Assembly: GCA_027008775.1 (NCBI GenBank)
Contig: JALVDV010000006.1
Coordinates: 13,551-77,550 of the forward strand
Length of the DNA stretch: 64,000 nt
DNA from: Candidatus Moraniibacteriota bacterium
GTDB taxonomy: Bacteria; Patescibacteriota; Minisyncoccia; Moranbacterales; DUUL01
Direction of reading: 5' to 3'
The position numbers were made by a program, and so were the translations under genes. Shown here one piece after another: positions 19,070 to 28,051 of this stretch. Every line of letters begins with the position of its first letter. Position 1 is the stretch's first letter. The notes beneath the pieces were generated by a model. It worked only from the letters and a program-made list of their open reading frames with translations, was not told the DNA's origin and ran no database searches.

Positions 19070-20965
19070 ATGTTTAATATATTTGACAGAGTTAATTTTA
19101 GAAAAGTAAAGAAAGATAATTTAAGTGAGTTGGAGTTAGGGCGAGAAAATGAAAAGCGGGGAAGAAGTTTTTTTCCAAAACATTCGTCGGGATCCGATGA
19201 TATTTTAGAGGAGGAAAAAATTTATCGGCAAGGATTGGCCAAAGTGCTTGATTTAATTGCTCCGTCGGCAATGGGGATTTCCAGTTCTTTTTTGCAAATT
19301 GGCAGTGTTTATGCTCGCACGATTTTTATTATGGCCTATCGGGAAACCCTGGCAATTGGTTGGATGAATGAAATAATAGCCATGGATATTCCAATGGACA
19401 TCGGAATATTTATTAATCCGGTGGATACCAGCTATATTTTGAAAAAATTACGCAAAAAAACCGTGCAAGTGCAATCGGAAATGCATATTGAAGCGGAGAA
19501 AGGGTTGCCCAGGGATCCGGTTCTGGAAATGGCTTATGCCAATATTGAAAATTTACGAGACAGATTACAAGATGGAAGTGAAAGGTTTTTTGATTTGGGT
19601 ATTTATTTTACGGTTTTTGGAAAAACGGAAGAAGAAATGGAAAAAAGAACGGACATTCTGGAAACACTGCTGAGCGCTCGGTCAATTTATACCAAGAAAG
19701 CTATTTTCAGAATGAAGGAAGGTTTTACATCCACCATTCCTTTAGGCCTGGATAAATTGCAGGCTCTAACGCCGATGAACACTTCTCCGCTTTCAACGGT
19801 TTTCCCTTTTGTTTCGGCGGACATTACCTCCAATGAGGGGATTTTGTATGGTATCAACCAACACAACAATTCTTTGATTTTGTTTGATCGTTTTACAATG
19901 GAAAATGCCAATATGGTGGTTTTTGCCAAGTCGGGGGCCGGTAAAAGTTTTACGGTTAAATTAGAAATTTTGAGATCAATGATGTTGGGAACGAATGTTG
20001 TGGTGGTTGATCCGGAGAATGAGTATGAATATTTGGCGGAAGTGACCGGAGGAGCGTTTATCAATATTTCTTTGAATTCCAAGCAACATATTAATCCTTT
20101 TGATTTGGCAATAGAAGATGGAAAAACCACTAAAGAATTATTGCGATCTAATATCGCCAACTTGTTGGGTCTTCTAAAAATCATGCTGGGAGCTTTGACA
20201 CCGGAAGAAGAAGCTGTTTTGGAAGAGGCTATCAGGGAAACTTATGAGGTGATGGATATAAATGAAAACACTTCATTGTCGGAGCTGGAAAAGAGAACTA
20301 TGCCGGTGATGTCTGATCTTTATCAGGTTTTAAGAAATATGCAAGGGGCGGAGGATATGACAATTCGTTTAAAGAAATACACGGAAGGCGTTTTTGAGGG
20401 CTTTGTAAATAAAAGAACAAATATTTCTTTGGATAATCAATTGGTGGTTTTTAATATTAGGAATTTGGAAGAAGAATTGAGACCGGTGGCTATGTATATG
20501 GTGTTGCATTTCATTTGGAATAGAGTTAGGAGTGAAATAAAAAAGAGATTGATTGTAGCTGATGAGGCCTGGGTAATGATGCAACATGAGGAAGCGGCGA
20601 ATTTTATGTACTCCATGGCCAAGAGAATTAGAAAATATTATGGTGGTCTGACGACAATTACTCAAGACATAAACGATTTTATGAGTACAAAAAAGGGTCA
20701 GGCGATTGTTTCCAATTCATCTATTCAGCTCTTAATGAAACAAGCTCCTTCAAGTATAGATATTGTTTCAGACACTTTTTATTTGACCGAGAATGAAAAA
20801 CATTTTTTGTTGGAGTGTAACGTGGGAGAGGGAATTTTCTTTGCCGGTAATAAAAGAGCGGCTATTTTGGTAGTGGCCTCCCATAATGAGGAAAAAATAG
20901 TAACCACCAAGCCGGAGGAAGTTTTGGAAAGAGAAAGAGAAAGGAATGAATTGCGAGGAGAGTAA
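19070..20965 (+). CDS. VirB4/TraE/PrgJ-family type IV secretion ATPase (ATPase domain)
   Basis: Walker A is VVFAKSGAGKSFT. Walker B is RLIVADEAWVMM. Length and motif spacing are typical of the VirB4 family. Confidence 0.8.
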   Translation: MFNIFDRVNFRKVKKDNLSELELGRENEKRGRSFFPKHSSGSDDILEEEKIYRQGLAKVLDLIAPSAMGISSSFLQIGSVYARTIFIMAYRETLAIGWMNEIIAMDIPMDIGIFINPVDTSYILKKLRKKTVQVQSEMHIEAEKGLPRDPVLEMAYANIENLRDRLQDGSERFFDLGIYFTVFGKTEEEMEKRTDILETLLSARSIYTKKAIFRMKEGFTSTIPLGLDKLQALTPMNTSPLSTVFPFVSADITSNEGILYGINQHNNSLILFDRFTMENANMVVFAKSGAGKSFTVKLEILRSMMLGTNVVVVDPENEYEYLAEVTGGAFINISLNSKQHINPFDLAIEDGKTTKELLRSNIANLLGLLKIMLGALTPEEEAVLEEAIRETYEVMDINENTSLSELEKRTMPVMSDLYQVLRNMQGAEDMTIRLKKYTEGVFEGFVNKRTNISLDNQLVVFNIRNLEEELRPVAMYMVLHFIWNRVRSEIKKRLIVADEAWVMMQHEEAANFMYSMAKRIRKYYGGLTTITQDINDFMSTKKGQAIVSNSSIQLLMKQAPSSIDIVSDTFYLTENEKHFLLECNVGEGIFFAGNKRAAILVVASHNEEKIVTTKPEEVLERERERNELRGE

Positions 20966-20991
20966 AAAGTGTTAAAAATTTACTTATTTTT

Positions 20992-21678
20992 ATGAGAGAG
21001 AGTGATTTGGAGGTGGAAAGACAAAATAAATTGAATAGAGAAAGAATAACGGAATTATCTAAAAAAGCAAAAGAAAAAAGATTGAAGGAGGCGCGAGAAT
21101 TTTCTCGGGTGAATCGGGTGGTAAGTTTGAAAAAAACGGAACATTTTTCTCGGGGACCAGTGAATTTATTTGTTGTTAATCTTTTGAAATATGTTGATTT
21201 ACAGAAAGACGGAGTTTATTTTGTAATTTTTTTTCTGAGCATTCTGGCTGATCTAATAACTCTGGCGGAAGCAATAGTGAGCGCTAGCTTAGCGGCCATT
21301 CCTTTTGGCGGTTGGGTTTTGGACGCTCTTTTTTCAGCCCCGTTTGAACTTTTGGTAATAGCTTTTTCAGTGGTGATTGCCATTCTTTATCTTCTAGCCG
21401 GACATTACAAAACCAGGAAGAAAGCGTTGAGGATTTTTTCTGTTTTAGGGTTTGATTTATTGGAAATGGTGCCGTTGCTTTCTGTTTTGCCGGGTTTTAC
21501 AATTTCTTTCATAATTAATTATTTGTCGGTTCTGGCGGTTAGAGCAAAAGAGAATGCTGAGGGACGGTATAATTTAGATAGGGAAATTTTGCGTAAGAGG
21601 TTGGAGGTTCAGGAAAAAAGGAAAAGATTGTTGCGACAACAAAGTTATCAAAATTGGCAGATGGAAACTAAAAGATAA
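20992..21678 (+). CDS. hypothetical membrane protein (coiled-coil N- and C-termini, 4 TM)
   Basis: 228-aa ORF with a K/E/R-rich N-terminus, four hydrophobic helices and a basic C-terminus. Confidence 0.4.
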   Translation: MRESDLEVERQNKLNRERITELSKKAKEKRLKEAREFSRVNRVVSLKKTEHFSRGPVNLFVVNLLKYVDLQKDGVYFVIFFLSILADLITLAEAIVSASLAAIPFGGWVLDALFSAPFELLVIAFSVVIAILYLLAGHYKTRKKALRIFSVLGFDLLEMVPLLSVLPGFTISFIINYLSVLAVRAKENAEGRYNLDREILRKRLEVQEKRKRLLRQQSYQNWQMETKR

Positions 21679-21688
21679 TATTTGGTTT

Positions 21689-22396
21689 ATGAAATTATCA
21701 CTTTTGCGGCGGATGCCGAACATGCGGAAAAAATTGGTGGTAGCCTTGGTTTATTACATTGTTCTTGTGTTGGTGGTAAGTTTTTTTTACGATGGTTTGT
21801 TGAAAATAAACTTGGCGGAGAAGACTTTTTTAATTGTTTTATTTCTTTTTTTAGTGCCCGTTTGGTTAATTAAGAAGATTTTTGTTGATGATTTAATTGA
21901 TTATAATTTTCCCGGTTTTAAAGTTTGGAGAAGGTTTTTTTTACTGGTGGTAATACTGGCAGTTGCCAGTTTATTGGTTTTGCTTTTTATGGTACAATGG
22001 CGGTGGAAACTGGAGGATGGAGGTTATGTCTGGAAAATTGGGGACCTGTTTGCTTTTTGGGTGGAAACGATTTTTATTTTGCCGATTAGTCTCTTGGCGC
22101 AAGAGTTTTTTTTCCGAGGATTTTTACTGAGAAGTTTTGCAAGGAATTTTAATTGTTCTTTTTCGGTTCTCTCGGTTGGTTTATTAACGGTTTTCTTTCT
22201 TGCTTTAGCAAAGATTGTGTCATTACAAGCAGGAATTTTATTAGGTGTTTTTTTGCTTAATTTATTTTTATCGGCGTTGGTTTGTTGGAAGAAGTCAATA
22301 ATTTGGTCACTGGCTGCTTATTGGACTGGGCTCCTGCTGTTAAGATTTATTTTGCTTTATCAAGTTGGGGAGCGGATTATTGAAAGACTAAAATAA
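21689..22396 (+). CDS. CPBP (CAAX protease/Abi) family intramembrane metalloprotease
   Basis: Polytopic protein carrying the LLAQEFFFRGFLLRS motif (EExxxR). The later His motifs are degenerate. Confidence 0.55.
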   Translation: MKLSLLRRMPNMRKKLVVALVYYIVLVLVVSFFYDGLLKINLAEKTFLIVLFLFLVPVWLIKKIFVDDLIDYNFPGFKVWRRFFLLVVILAVASLLVLLFMVQWRWKLEDGGYVWKIGDLFAFWVETIFILPISLLAQEFFFRGFLLRSFARNFNCSFSVLSVGLLTVFFLALAKIVSLQAGILLGVFLLNLFLSALVCWKKSIIWSLAAYWTGLLLLRFILLYQVGERIIERLK

Positions 22397-22416
22397 AAAT
22401 AAAAAAGATTGATTTT

Positions 22417-25400
22417 TTGGAAATGAAAAAGAAAAGGAAATATTTGAATAATCTTGTTTTAAAACCGATAACATTTTTACTGGTTGGTTTTTTGCTGGCA
22501 AATCTTTTTCTTGATGTAGTTTTGGCGCAGACTCTGGTAAGAGAGGTCGGTGATAATTTGGCTGAAAACTGGACTACAGCTGAAGAAAGAATTCCGCAAA
22601 ACAATTCTTCGGTAGTTAGCGGGACGAACAGTATTGTGCAACTTTTAGGAGAAATAATGGCGCCTGTCTATCAGTTGGCTACTCCCGGTTCCAATTTAAC
22701 TTATGATATTTATCGCTATTTAATGAAACACACGGAAACAGAACTGGGAATTGATAAAGATTTTTTTCGCAGATTAAAAAGAAAGGTTGATGCGCCGACG
22801 GTGGATATCGTTTTTGCGCCAACCAATCCCAAAGAAGGACAACCGGTGACGGCTTTTGCGGTGCCAAGTGGTTTCAGAAACAGCAAAGATAGATTGTATT
22901 TTACCTGGTACTTGGTTCATAAGGGACAAAACGATGTTCAGGCCGGTCGGGATGAAGCAATGGGGATGGTGGCGCGAGGCGGATATGACAGAGATTTGTT
23001 TGGGAAGCCAAATGGTGATGATGGCAACAGGGATGCTTACAACGCTTCTTTTGGTGGCAATGATGGCGTGGGCGCTAAAAGCGGAAAAGCTATCGATCAA
23101 CATTGTGAGGGATGTGATTGTTTGCATAATATGACGATGTTTGCCGGTGAAGTGGAGAGAGGTTGTTTTGATGATAAAGGGCAATTGTTGTATTCCAATT
23201 TAGAGGAGTATAGGGAAGCTGTTAAGGATGTTGGTCAGGAAAAGGCTGATTGGGGGAAGGGGGCCGTTAACTCTGATTGGATAACGCGTTGTTACCGACA
23301 TAATTTTGGCAGAAAAAGCGGAGATGGAGAGGAGTATTCCGGTCGGGATTTAATAATTAAATGTCAACATGCCTTTGATTCTTCTTTGGGTGGCAGTGAT
23401 AATAGTTTTGGTCGGGCGGATGAAGATAAGTGGGTGACCAATCCGGCTAATCCGGATACCGATGGAGACGGAGTGGTGGATGAAGCGGATTTGGTTGGTC
23501 TGGGCCAGGATGAATTCACTTGGATTTACCACAAAGGTGACAGGGTGACGGTGGCGGTGGAGGGGACTTCCAATATTATGATTAATGAGGGTGCTACAAA
23601 TAGGCTGAGGTATAAAAATAAGCATCATACCAGCGGTGATTTTGATTTATCACCGACGGCTTCACCGGAGGAATGGTATAAAGAAGCCAGAAATTATTGT
23701 GAAACACGAAAGAATGATTGTTTGGCCAGCACTGGTGATTCAATGAATTATGTTCCGGTTAGTAGCAGGTTGCCGGACGATAGTGAGTGTGTCAGACAGT
23801 ATGCTGATTGTATGAAGGACGTTTGGCAACATCAATGGTCCGGTAATGATGAAGATTCTTTTGGTGATTTGACCGGTTATTATAAAATTATGTGGGCGGC
23901 GCCGGGGATTTGCAGTCAAGAAAATAAGGATGAAGCGGAAAATGATTGGTGCGACAGTCGTGATGACTTTGGTTTTCAATATTTGAAACTCTATGATCCG
24001 GTGGAGAGAGGAAAACAGTTGATGAAAGTTTCAGTCAATATTTCGCCAAAAAACCCGCAATTTTTTGAACCGACGGAAGATGATTGTAATATGTTGGGAG
24101 GGGTTTGTTATATGTTCGGCGATGGTACGGATATGATTTTGGCCAGCGCGGATATAGTTGGCGATGACAATGTTGATCCTGATTATTTATACTATAAATG
24201 GAGTGTTTGGCGTTGTGATAAAAACGATTTTACCAATTGTGAAGATGTAACCAGTTTTGTTTATCCGGTTAGTCAAAAAGAGGGAATAGGAGTAAGGGAT
24301 TTTGGCTTTTATCCGATGAATCCGGTAAGGAGTCTTTTTAAAGAGGGGGAAAATGAAGCTTTATTGAAGGTGGGGGTGGTGGTAAAAAAACATAAAAATG
24401 CAACGATGAGTTCTCCGGGGGTGAGTGGAGTTTATGAACAACAAATTGGAAGCAATCAGACGGGTGTTTCAGCCGATCAGTATGTGGAAAAATACGCTTA
24501 CACGGCCAGTCAGTTAATAAAAGTTCATAAAAATGATTTAGCTATCAAACTGTACACTGCGGTTCCGGATGGTAGTGGCGGTTGGAAGAAGGGTCGGGAA
24601 ATTTGTAACAGAACCGGCTCTCTTTACAAGAAGGTTTGTCCGGTTTTCCCTTACCAAGTTTTAATGGCGGAGTTGGACACGAGAAATGCAAATGTTGACG
24701 GTGGTATTGTTTGGAAAATTAATGGCAAGAAGATTAAACCTAATTATTTGGGTGATATAAACACGGAAAATAATTCGCCCAGAGTTTTCTTTCCGGTAAC
24801 GGGAGCGGAAAATGAACTGGGTTTAATTACAGCCATAGCGAAACGAGGTAATGATTCTGAAAATGACAATCTTTCGGTGACAGAACGTATTTTTAGTATT
24901 CGTAATCCATTGGCGGTTATTACCGACAAAGGACAATTAACCAGGCGTTCTTTGACAAAAGCTTTTGTCGGTTCCGAGAAAGCCAGAACTTTTCAGGGGT
25001 ATCAGCTTTGGTGGATTCTGGGATATCCGTCTAAAGAGTGGGCCACCACTCAAGATAGTTCTGCGGACGGTTTTCAAACGACAGTAGATATCCCAATAAG
25101 AGTGATTCCTGATTACTTAAGAACAAAGGAAGATGGTACAACCTTAAAAACCAGTGTTTATCTGAATGGATACTATGTGGGGATGGTTTCCAATGATATG
25201 GATAACGAAAATGCTAACGGAGAGGGTGGTGCGAGTGGTAATGGTGCTGAAGGGAACAACACAGACACCACCAATGGCGAGAGTAGTTCCGGTAACCGGG
25301 AAAATGGAACCGCCTGGTTACTGAAAAATGTTATGTTTACCCGCGTGAGGGAAGGTGATGTAAATACTCTAAAGTTAAAGACTTTATTAAGCTTTGATGA

Positions 25401-25716
25401 GAATTATAAAAAATCAATGATAAAAAGTTTTAATATAAAACCGGTAAATGAACTTTACAATGAACAGACAATTGAAGTTAAGCCGATTACAGCGGAACAC
25501 TATAAGAACATTACTGGCAAGGAAGTTAGTGACAGGATTACTTTCGGAGAGAGAATGAGGTTGTTACTGGCTTCAGTTATAAATAAAATCCCCGATTATT
25601 TGTTATCTGTCTTTAAGTTGGCGACAGTTTTAGTTTTGGTGACGATGATCACTTTTGCGGTGGCCTACGGTTTGGATGTAAATCAGAATCAGCACGGTTT
25701 CAGGAACAAGTTTTAG
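22417..25716 (+). CDS. large secreted Cys-rich surface protein (1099 aa) with a TSP3 repeat and a C-terminal TM anchor
   Basis: Signal peptide, more than 30 Cys residues, NPANPDTDGDGVVDEADL (a TSP3 Ca-binding loop), a Gly/Asn/Glu-rich linker and a C-terminal hydrophobic helix (LATVLVLVTMITFAVAYGL). Confidence 0.5.
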   Translation: MEMKKKRKYLNNLVLKPITFLLVGFLLANLFLDVVLAQTLVREVGDNLAENWTTAEERIPQNNSSVVSGTNSIVQLLGEIMAPVYQLATPGSNLTYDIYRYLMKHTETELGIDKDFFRRLKRKVDAPTVDIVFAPTNPKEGQPVTAFAVPSGFRNSKDRLYFTWYLVHKGQNDVQAGRDEAMGMVARGGYDRDLFGKPNGDDGNRDAYNASFGGNDGVGAKSGKAIDQHCEGCDCLHNMTMFAGEVERGCFDDKGQLLYSNLEEYREAVKDVGQEKADWGKGAVNSDWITRCYRHNFGRKSGDGEEYSGRDLIIKCQHAFDSSLGGSDNSFGRADEDKWVTNPANPDTDGDGVVDEADLVGLGQDEFTWIYHKGDRVTVAVEGTSNIMINEGATNRLRYKNKHHTSGDFDLSPTASPEEWYKEARNYCETRKNDCLASTGDSMNYVPVSSRLPDDSECVRQYADCMKDVWQHQWSGNDEDSFGDLTGYYKIMWAAPGICSQENKDEAENDWCDSRDDFGFQYLKLYDPVERGKQLMKVSVNISPKNPQFFEPTEDDCNMLGGVCYMFGDGTDMILASADIVGDDNVDPDYLYYKWSVWRCDKNDFTNCEDVTSFVYPVSQKEGIGVRDFGFYPMNPVRSLFKEGENEALLKVGVVVKKHKNATMSSPGVSGVYEQQIGSNQTGVSADQYVEKYAYTASQLIKVHKNDLAIKLYTAVPDGSGGWKKGREICNRTGSLYKKVCPVFPYQVLMAELDTRNANVDGGIVWKINGKKIKPNYLGDINTENNSPRVFFPVTGAENELGLITAIAKRGNDSENDNLSVTERIFSIRNPLAVITDKGQLTRRSLTKAFVGSEKARTFQGYQLWWILGYPSKEWATTQDSSADGFQTTVDIPIRVIPDYLRTKEDGTTLKTSVYLNGYYVGMVSNDMDNENANGEGGASGNGAEGNNTDTTNGESSSGNRENGTAWLLKNVMFTRVREGDVNTLKLKTLLSFDENYKKSMIKSFNIKPVNELYNEQTIEVKPITAEHYKNITGKEVSDRITFGERMRLLLASVINKIPDYLLSVFKLATVLVLVTMITFAVAYGLDVNQNQHGFRNKF

Positions 25717-25889
25717 TTTGCCGCTTTTGTTAGTTGAGTATAAATAGTAGTGACTATTTTGGTGTCGCTTTAAAACTGGTTGGTGATTTTTGTTTTAATA
25801 AGTTCTGGTTAATTCTGAGAAAATATTTGAAATTTAGCTGGTTTTTAAGATGTCCAATATTTTAAAATTGTTTTTAAAATTATTATTCT

Positions 25890-26867
25890 ATGAAAATTTC
25901 CAGACTTAGAAAAATTGTTTATCTGCTAATCTTAGTTTTGGTTTTCAGTTCACCTTTTTTTGTTTTGGCTCAGAGTGGTGGAGGAGTGTCAGGTTCAACG
26001 CAGTCTTCAGGAAATAATTCCGGAGGCGTAACCGGTGGGAATTCTTCCTCTCAACCCAATCAAAGTCAAGCTGGAAATCAGGGGGCGCAAAATTCGTCTC
26101 AGTCCGGTCAAAATCAAAATCAAAATGGCGGTCAAGGCCCAAGTCGTGAAGATACTCGTTTTAAATACAGATTGCACGAGAAAATTCCGGGGCAGGAAAA
26201 CGTTGACGACTTGCAGTCTTATTTGGAAGCTTTATATAGATTTGGTATAGCCATAGTGGCCATCCTGGCGGTAGTGATGATTGGAATCGGAGCTTTTATG
26301 TACATAGTAACGGCGGCGGGAAATTTGTCTAAAATGGCCAATGCTAAAGAAATAATCGGTAACGCTATCTTTGGTTTGGTTATGGCCCTGTTGGCTTGGC
26401 TGATTTTATATATTATAAATCCGGATTTGGTGGGAACAACTTTAAATACGCCCAGAAAAAGCATTAACCTGGAAGCTTATGTGGGCGACGAGCAACCGGA
26501 TCCGGAAGTTTGTCGTAATCCATATAGAAAGCTTTACCAGATGGGTTTGTGTAGTGGAGATAAAGCTTGTGTGAAAGATCAGTGTGAGTATTTGGTTGCT
26601 ATTTGTTTACATAATAATGCTGAGTCCGGCAGTAATATTTCAGAGGAAGATCAGGAAATAGCAAAAAGTGACCTCTGTCAATCTTTTTTTGCCAAACCGG
26701 GTGGCGGTTTTTGTGGTTCAATAGCAAATGATGGTTCAATGTTGGGCAGATGTACCGAGACCGGAGTAGTCAATTGTCCTTCAGGAAAGGCCAGGGTCAC
26801 CGATGGTGTACAATGTGCCGGTGATTCGGTCTGTTGTACACCAAAGGAGATCCTGGAATTCTACTAA
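25890..26867 (+). CDS. VirB2/TrbC-like pilin candidate with a low-complexity N-linker and a Cys-rich C-terminal domain
   Basis: Signal peptide and a Gly/Ser/Asn/Gln-rich linker come first. Two hydrophobic helices follow, separated by a short polar loop (FGIAIVAILAVVMIGIGAFMYIV-TAAGNLSKMANAKEII-GNAIFGLVMALLAWLILYII), which is the T4SS pilin topology. A C-terminal domain with 12 Cys closes the protein. Confidence 0.4.
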   Translation: MKISRLRKIVYLLILVLVFSSPFFVLAQSGGGVSGSTQSSGNNSGGVTGGNSSSQPNQSQAGNQGAQNSSQSGQNQNQNGGQGPSREDTRFKYRLHEKIPGQENVDDLQSYLEALYRFGIAIVAILAVVMIGIGAFMYIVTAAGNLSKMANAKEIIGNAIFGLVMALLAWLILYIINPDLVGTTLNTPRKSINLEAYVGDEQPDPEVCRNPYRKLYQMGLCSGDKACVKDQCEYLVAICLHNNAESGSNISEEDQEIAKSDLCQSFFAKPGGGFCGSIANDGSMLGRCTETGVVNCPSGKARVTDGVQCAGDSVCCTPKEILEFY

Positions 26868-26872
26868 TGTAA

Positions 26873-28051
26873 TTGTTGGGAAAAATGAATTTTGGTAAAC
26901 AAAAAGTTTTTATTGTTGTTTTTGGAACAGCCTTGGCGCTTGGTCTTGTTGTTTTAGGATATATTTTTTGGCAGAAAGGGGGTTTTAAGTTGGTGGAGAA
27001 AAGGTTGAGTAAGAAAGTGGAGATAAAAAGTGATTTTAAAGAGGTCAAGTCAAAACCCGCTAAAAAGGAATTAAGCAGGTTTCTGAAGTTGGCCGAAACT
27101 CCTGTTTTGGGTTTGAGATTATTTCCCGGGACCAATAAGGTTTTGTTCTATCAGGCGCAGAAATTTTTTACGGTTGATCCTTATTCGGGAGAGAGAAAAT
27201 CAGTGGGAGCCTATCCTTTTACCGAGGTGCAAAAGTTTGTTTGGGATTTATCCGGAAATAAAGCGATAGTGAAAGATTTGGGTGAGTATTATATTTTTGA
27301 CTTTCGATCAAATTTGACTAAGAAATTTCCTGATAAAATTGACATAGCCATTTGGAACAGACAGGGTGATAAGGTGATTTATAAAAACTACAATACTCAA
27401 ACTCATCAAAGGCAAATAAAAGTTGCTGATACTGATGGCAATAATAAAATGGTAGCAGTTGATAACTTGCCTTACCGTAGAATAGAGATGACTTTACAAC
27501 CGAGGACTGATCGCTTTTGTTATTTTCCTTCTCCGGATGCCAGAGTGAAGGGCAGATTGTTTTGTCAAAATTTGGATGGCAGTAATTTGCAGGAGTGGGG
27601 TGGCAATTACGGACAGGATTATTTGTGGTCGCCCGCTGGGGAGAAAATTTTGACCTCTTTTGCCAAGGATGAAACCGGAAGTCAGTTGGTCTTGGGGGTA
27701 ATGAATAAAAATGGAGGAGAATTTCATGGCTTGGCTTTTCCCACCACGGTAAGGAAATGTGTCTGGTCTAAAGACGGTGTTAATGTATATTGCGCTTTAT
27801 TAGGTAATATTCCTACGGTGGTAATGTTGCCAAACTTTTGGCAAGAAAAATCTTTTGACTCCGTGGATACATTTTGGAAAATAAATACCGAAACCGGTAA
27901 AAAAAGCAGATTGGTGGAAGTGGAAAAAATGAAACAAGGAGATAAAGAGCTGTTGTTTGATACAACCAATTTGCTATTGGATCCGGAAGAGGAATTTTTG
28001 TTTTTTATTGATCGTCGGCAAGGAGATTTGTGGAGGATAAAAATAAAATAA
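26873..28051 (+). CDS. hypothetical membrane-anchored protein, beta-propeller/TolB-like repeats (weak)
   Basis: N-terminal TM helix. Repeated hydrophobic-Asp/Gly stretches resemble PD40/WD-like blades. This is the last gene of the cluster. Confidence 0.4.
   Translation: MLGKMNFGKQKVFIVVFGTALALGLVVLGYIFWQKGGFKLVEKRLSKKVEIKSDFKEVKSKPAKKELSRFLKLAETPVLGLRLFPGTNKVLFYQAQKFFTVDPYSGERKSVGAYPFTEVQKFVWDLSGNKAIVKDLGEYYIFDFRSNLTKKFPDKIDIAIWNRQGDKVIYKNYNTQTHQRQIKVADTDGNNKMVAVDNLPYRRIEMTLQPRTDRFCYFPSPDARVKGRLFCQNLDGSNLQEWGGNYGQDYLWSPAGEKILTSFAKDETGSQLVLGVMNKNGGEFHGLAFPTTVRKCVWSKDGVNVYCALLGNIPTVVMLPNFWQEKSFDSVDTFWKINTETGKKSRLVEVEKMKQGDKELLFDTTNLLLDPEEEFLFFIDRRQGDLWRIKIK

Noticed and set aside
21682-21873. 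63-aa ORF overlapping the CPBP protease gene in another frame
   Set aside because: The overlapping frame encodes the TM helices and EExxxR motif of the CPBP family, so the 63-aa ORF is an alternative-frame artefact.
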